From: Candidatus Micrarchaeia archaeon
GTDB taxonomy: Archaea > Micrarchaeota > Micrarchaeia > CABMEP01
Assembly (NCBI GenBank): GCA_038881595.1
Contig: JAVZPM010000001.1
Coordinates: 295,335-359,334, forward strand
DNA length: 64,000 bases
Direction of reading: 5' to 3'
Shown here piece after piece: positions 60,901-64,000 of this stretch; the stretch's first letter is position 1; every line of letters starts with the position of its first letter. The position numbers were made by a program, and so were the translations under genes. The notes below the pieces were generated by a model, which saw nothing but the letters and a program-made list of their open reading frames with translations, was not told the DNA's origin and did no database searches.

Positions 60901-63900
60901 TGAATCTGAATCAAATCCAAATGGAATAATAGTAATATATTCTTATAACAATTATATATCATCTAATAACTTATTATCTTCTACAAATTATGGATTATAT
61001 TTTGAAGGCGCTTCAAATAATTCTTTATACAATAATACAATATTAGATTCACAATATGGAATTAAATTTACCTATTCTTCTTCAAATAATCTACTAATAA
61101 ATACTATTGTAAAATCAGAAAGAACGGATCTTATATCCGATTATAATTCCAATTTGAATACAATAATCAATATGACATTCAATTCATCAGATTATCCAAC
61201 CACTGCATCATTTATATATTCTGGTGATTTGACAATAGATTCAGCTGATGCAATACCTTCTCCAGGATACCAGAATGTTTCAAAATACCTCAATATATCA
61301 TTAGAAGATTGGATTTATCTTAATATTACATACACAAACGATACTATCGGAGAGAATGAGAGAGATCTTAGACTTTTTGTGTTTGATGGTTCGCAATGGA
61401 ATTTGGTTGAAAATGGAGACGTAGATACAGTGAATAAAATAGTATTTGGAAACGTAACTACCTCTGGAATAGTTGCAGCACTAGTTGATACAACCCCTCC
61501 AATTATAACTATAAACTCTCCAATGAACACAACATATACAAACCCATCAATCTCTTTCAATATTTCATTAAGCAAATTTGGAACCTGTGTTTATTCAATT
61601 GATAACTCTGAAAACTATACTATGGATACAGCTGACAATAGAATATTCACTTCTACACGAGCAGTGGATCATGGATTCCACACTGTTACATTCTTCTGCA
61701 ATGACTCATATGAAAATCTAGTAAGTGCAAGCAGAAACTTCACTGTTGATCTATCAAGAATAGGTTTGGTGTTAATTGCACCTTCTGAAAATATTAGTGT
61801 ACCACAAGGAAAATCATTCAATGTTTCTGTAAATGTAAGCTGCATAGATTATAACTGCGGCCAAATTGAAGTTAGTTTAGATCCTATTTCAGGATGGAGT
61901 TACAAGAGACAGATTAATATAATAAATGATGGTTCAGGTTTATCAGAATATCAATTGCCATTAACTATTGATACTCAATCATTGATTTCAGAGAATAAAA
62001 TGAATGCTGATTGCTCAGATCTTAGATTCTTAGATTCAGATGATTCAACTCAAATTCCATACTGGATCGAATCTGGCTGTGATACTTCTGAAACTAAAGT
62101 ATGGGTGAAGATACAATCAATTCAGAGTCAGACATTAATTTACATGTACTATGGAAACCCGACCGCTGTTTCAGAAAGCAATGCATCTGCAGTATTCGAC
62201 TTCTTTGATGACTTTGATGGAGACTCAATAGATGAAAACAAATGGGTAATAGATGATTCATCTGGTTTCTCAGTTTCCGGAGGCTTCCTTTTAGGAACTA
62301 ATACTAATGGAAGAATCTATTCAGTTCAGTCATTCTCAGGTCCATTAATAGCAGAAGCAAGACAGAACATAACCTCATTTGCTGCAAATGGCCATGAAGT
62401 TATAGGATTCTATAGCGGAGGATACGGTTTTGGAGGATTCTTGCCTCATTCAAACGATAACTTCTATACATTCATTAATAATGGATTTTATGGTTATAAT
62501 CCTTCGGCAAATGTTACAGTATCAAACAATTGGTGTATTTACAAGATTGTTGATGATGGCCAAGGATATAGTTATGAAATAATAGAACAGGAAGGAACTA
62601 CTAATACCCATACTCAACAATATAGCTATTCAATAAATTCATTGCCTATAACAATCGGCAAGAGATATGATGGTTGGGGTGGTCAATCTTATTATGCATA
62701 TTGGGACTGGATAAGGGTAAGGAAATACACTTCAAACAACGTTATATATAGTATAGGGAATGAAGAGAGCGGTGGCACAGTTAGAAAAGGACTGGTTTCA
62801 ACAAATCCATCAGCATTGCCATTCTACACAATAAACTATAATCCTCAAAATATTTCACTAAATGCGGGTCAAAGTCAAATAGTTAGCTGGACAGTATACG
62901 CAACAGGAGAGGTTAATTCATCTTATGAATTCTATGTCTATGCAAATAAGTCTGCTTTGAAATCTATATCTAACCTGACTGAAAAATGGAATGTGACAAT
63001 ATTAGAACCAATATTAGATGAGACTGCACCTTCAATCCAGCTAATCTTACCATCTGATAATTCTTATATCAATTCATCAACAGTTACATTCACATTCAAT
63101 GCAACTGATGACACGAGCAATACATTAGCATGCAGCATCTACATTGATAATGAACTTAACCAAACAAACAACTCTATTATAAATGGATCACTTTCACAAT
63201 TTGTAATAACTGGATTAAGCGACAACCAACACACATGGAAGATAAACTGCAGTGACGAGGCAGGAAACAGTAATGTTTCCGAAACAAGAACATTTACAAT
63301 TGATACAATTCCTCCTTCAGTCTCTATCACATCTCCATCTTCAAATTCATACATCAATTCAAAGACAATAACAATAACTGGTACTTCATCTGATCTAAAC
63401 TACAATTATACAAATATCTCAATCTGGCAAGGTTCAACACTGATCAATTCAACCACAACAACTGACGCATCATGGTCAGTTCAGCTTTCAGTACAGGATT
63501 ATGGAAGATACAATATAACTGCAGTAGTATTTGATGCCGCAGTTAATAGTAACGAAGCAAGGGTAACTAATATTTTAGTTTCAGACGTTTATCCAATTAT
63601 AGTTAATTTCACATCCCCAACCCCATCAAACGGATCAATAATCACAACTAACTACGTTGAAATCAATGCAACAATCGACATCTTGAATACATCAGTAAAT
63701 CTTGACACATTCAAATTCAATTGGAACGGAACTAACTATTCAATTTATGATCCATCATTAGTTCTTGCATTAAACTTCAACAACAATTCAGCAATTGGAG
63801 AATCAGGAACCAAAGTAGTTGACATATCAAAATACAGCAATAATGGTACATGTACAAACATGGGATCCACATGCAACTACACATCAGGCAAATTCGGATC

Positions 63901-64000
63901 TGCAATCAGCTTTGATGGTGTGGATGATTATATAGAAATACCTAATTCAGCTTCATTAAATAGTTCTGAAAACATAACGATTGAAGGTTGGTTCTATTGG
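54917..64000 (+). CDS. Giant multidomain surface protein, 3'-partial (at least 3028 aa): LamG, LamG, DUF2341, two beta-helix (NosD-like) modules, DUF2341, Ig-like, LamG
   Basis: ATG at 54917, MYSKVFNRVLFAFLAILFLSEFVSA|QCP; WKFDEGSG, FDGVDDY and IDEV.I.NR.LS (LamG); YRKQI..PYWIE..WVK..MYYGNP (DUF2341). The frame is still in register at 64000 and the track lists no stop-terminated + ORF here. Confidence 0.9.
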   Translation, partial: MYSKVFNRVLFAFLAILFLSEFVSAQCPSGMISYWKFDEGSGTVAYDFLGRNNGTLVNGPTWTTGIIGSAINFDGVNDYGQVSRTISDDFTVILWVKTTQTAGTGPWWAGNGIFDSEVCGVTNDFGISLLGSKVGFGIGNPDTTISSTSDINNGQWHFVAATRNKSNGAIKIYVDGSLQSSGTANTNSLTASSWIGIGNSPCNIGANQRWFQGYIDEVAIFNRTLSDSEIQQLYQISSGGKDYCSISAVVNFTSPTPSNRSIITTNYVEINATIDILNTSANFDTFKFNWNGTNYSIYDPSLVLAMNFNNNSAIGESGTKVVDISKYGNNGTCTNMGSTCNYTSGKFGSAISFDGVDDYINLGSSSYLTPGSGNFTVMAWIRSNSTAQGQIVARHGGVQQYWAFTKTDKVRFVIRDQSMNEPMVTSSSFVTNNTWIHVAAVRDIVTDKLYIYINGVLENSTTDTTTGPIDATGLTTAVGRLGGTAQEYFNGSIDEVRIYNRALSADEIKMHYQMEFQKYNSTQYRFYSNITNLNEGNYTYYAWANDTSGLSGQSEIRSLTYQREIGWWNSSFPYRKQINITSSTPLTDYQVALNITYNSHMQLDFDDIRFVQGGTKLPYWIEDKVDGQWAYVWVKVPVINSTSYIHMYYGNPSVVNESNISSTFIFGDDFSTNTISQYIINGGGSASISDGYMKINGIAGNTVIAPQTQSPSSSYIIEMRANYTELGSGGDVWIGPLGFQSSIGSTNTGYVLQYGRLSGNRVIDVERFTQAHLSYLYVDALPTTQFRIIKGKFYPGNLNVSIDRNDSKSARSTNSIYTSGYYGIRNWYSNAWIDWYFVRKYSDIEPSYSLGAEELGVQPSASIAIVYPTNNSYIPRGANVQPEDVKYLVSDYTTLIAKVYDDSTAEGIPGATCYFFINGTQIGSNTTNSSGFCQFAYLVADKNPGLYNLSVNFTSSYNVSIPESNVLFYISKYYATPSFNNLRLVDGTYVYKDGDAIVVKVNVTRDIGNGNEPYDPQNIRFNVTDHSGSVTLAVLNYPGEIVRTDEGQYYATIIANYSLTSLVRFDVLISDDNFVSYLASSAHSDRDIIPADGNSTYYLINSSGNKIPTNLTIYDRNGFMLVSQEIQEGGQFTRPYSLNDKYRIIFSSDKFMLDLNGFNISGNFNINPQYVINTSISNRPVGIAMISDLIALQSGYSFDSAKIVLPIIDRLDKICSCENWNFVTASCSGEWVCNATSGYAGFDYNSTHFWFNVTHFTGYAGGAGYNANLTIYDSNDTEGGGFTIQTNQQAKFYANYSNSTSGSPINGTGVYCEITFNVSGEWTDPVNMTFNTSSLLYEYNRSFIEVGTYNWNVTCNGSALGYDLLTANDTIPVVQGGLTQCGTLDQPGETYTLTQNVSSSGTCFTIAADNITLDCQGYTINHTSSGSGVYASGRTSIAIRNCTVIGDTSSDNYGIYLNSVSNSSITNVTVMLHRTGIYLIFSSNNILSTIIMNSNNVGIDIFSSSGNTFFNLSADLNDNYGVSLGYNSQYNSLSDIITSNSIYGISITGSNNNISNITTLSNFYGISSASNYNNIIYNITTMNNYYGLVLSSSFNNTITNINSLNNEYGISLSSSSNNLFYNNLFNNTNNINIYFYGDVYENFWNTTLDCSSGPNIVGGQCIGGNFYATTSGNGFSETCTDNDGNGICDSAYTLVTDNIDFLPLAVPPIPPIELTTCGTLDQEGKTYILTQNVSSSGTCFTIAADNITFDCKGHTIETIDGNGKGIYLNGRNNVTIKNCIIDGNYSGTSSYYIYGIHAQYSNNLSIQNNTLFDNFNGIFLEYTTNSNITENNASNNGNYGIFLQQQCNNNIISDNYASNNSYGNIFIAWNSQNNQIVNNEVSLGMYGIIAQYNIDNVTIANNTITSINGNGIYLIGVTNSYITNNNASGNGNGISASSSSNIIFENNSINNSYSGMWLTQISYSNIINNRFNSYINNGLRLESNSQFNNITYNIFESESNPNGIIVIYSYNNYISSNNLLSSTNYGLYFEGASNNSLYNNTILDSQYGIKFTYSSSNNLLINTIVKSERTDLISDYNSNLNTIINMTFNSSDYPTTASFIYSGDLTIDSADAIPSPGYQNVSKYLNISLEDWIYLNITYTNDTIGENERDLRLFVFDGSQWNLVENGDVDTVNKIVFGNVTTSGIVAALVDTTPPIITINSPMNTTYTNPSISFNISLSKFGTCVYSIDNSENYTMDTADNRIFTSTRAVDHGFHTVTFFCNDSYENLVSASRNFTVDLSRIGLVLIAPSENISVPQGKSFNVSVNVSCIDYNCGQIEVSLDPISGWSYKRQINIINDGSGLSEYQLPLTIDTQSLISENKMNADCSDLRFLDSDDSTQIPYWIESGCDTSETKVWVKIQSIQSQTLIYMYYGNPTAVSESNASAVFDFFDDFDGDSIDENKWVIDDSSGFSVSGGFLLGTNTNGRIYSVQSFSGPLIAEARQNITSFAANGHEVIGFYSGGYGFGGFLPHSNDNFYTFINNGFYGYNPSANVTVSNNWCIYKIVDDGQGYSYEIIEQEGTTNTHTQQYSYSINSLPITIGKRYDGWGGQSYYAYWDWIRVRKYTSNNVIYSIGNEESGGTVRKGLVSTNPSALPFYTINYNPQNISLNAGQSQIVSWTVYATGEVNSSYEFYVYANKSALKSISNLTEKWNVTILEPILDETAPSIQLILPSDNSYINSSTVTFTFNATDDTSNTLACSIYIDNELNQTNNSIINGSLSQFVITGLSDNQHTWKINCSDEAGNSNVSETRTFTIDTIPPSVSITSPSSNSYINSKTITITGTSSDLNYNYTNISIWQGSTLINSTTTTDASWSVQLSVQDYGRYNITAVVFDAAVNSNEARVTNILVSDVYPIIVNFTSPTPSNGSIITTNYVEINATIDILNTSVNLDTFKFNWNGTNYSIYDPSLVLALNFNNNSAIGESGTKVVDISKYSNNGTCTNMGSTCNYTSGKFGSAISFDGVDDYIEIPNSASLNSSENITIEGWFYW
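55664..55995 (+). repeat. 332-nt direct repeat, copy 1 (copy 2 at 63602-63933)
   Basis: About 17 mismatches by manual count; last 95 nt identical. Confidence 0.92.
59092..59152 (+). repeat. 61-nt identical repeat, copy 1 (copy 2 at 60100-60160)
   Basis: tctcactcaaaatg...gacaacattact at the start of each beta-helix module. Confidence 0.92.
60100..60160 (+). repeat. 61-nt identical repeat, copy 2
   Basis: Matches 59092-59152. Confidence 0.92.
63602..63933 (+). repeat. 332-nt direct repeat, copy 2
   Basis: Matches 55664-55995. Confidence 0.92.

Noticed and set aside
55664..63933. Diversity-generating retroelement TR/VR pair
   Set aside because: Mismatches are mostly C/T and synonymous rather than adenine-specific, both copies are coding, and no reverse transcriptase is in the window

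Overview
AT-rich archaeal chromosome segment. Marker genes are TopoVI A/B, RadA, GatDE, Spt5, archaeal L1/L10/L11/L12/L10e, archease and a BHB-intron tRNA. The gene content (AMP-salvage pair, many VirB2-like pilins, giant surface proteins) suggests a DPANN lineage, possibly Micrarchaeota; this assignment is inference only. Housekeeping genes are mixed with several notable elements. (1) A chromosomal, relaxase-free secretion or DNA-transport-like cluster at about 39.97-47.58 kb: three VirB2/TrbC-like pilins, a membrane partner, a VirB4/HerA-type ATPase and three unknown proteins, with a fourth pilin at 53.2 kb. All four pilins share a conserved Cys pair. (2) Bacterial MEP-pathway genes ispG and ispH; ispG directly follows a decayed KaiC-like gene stub. 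(3) A giant modular surface protein of at least 3028 aa, missing from the ORF track because it runs off the window, with near-identical internal DNA modules. (4) An intein in rtcB. (5) A candidate L1-binding leader RNA, a perfect 22-bp operator-like palindrome and a DUF192 pseudogene. No CRISPR array, rRNA or transposase was seen. Family names come from motif recognition by eye, not from database searches.
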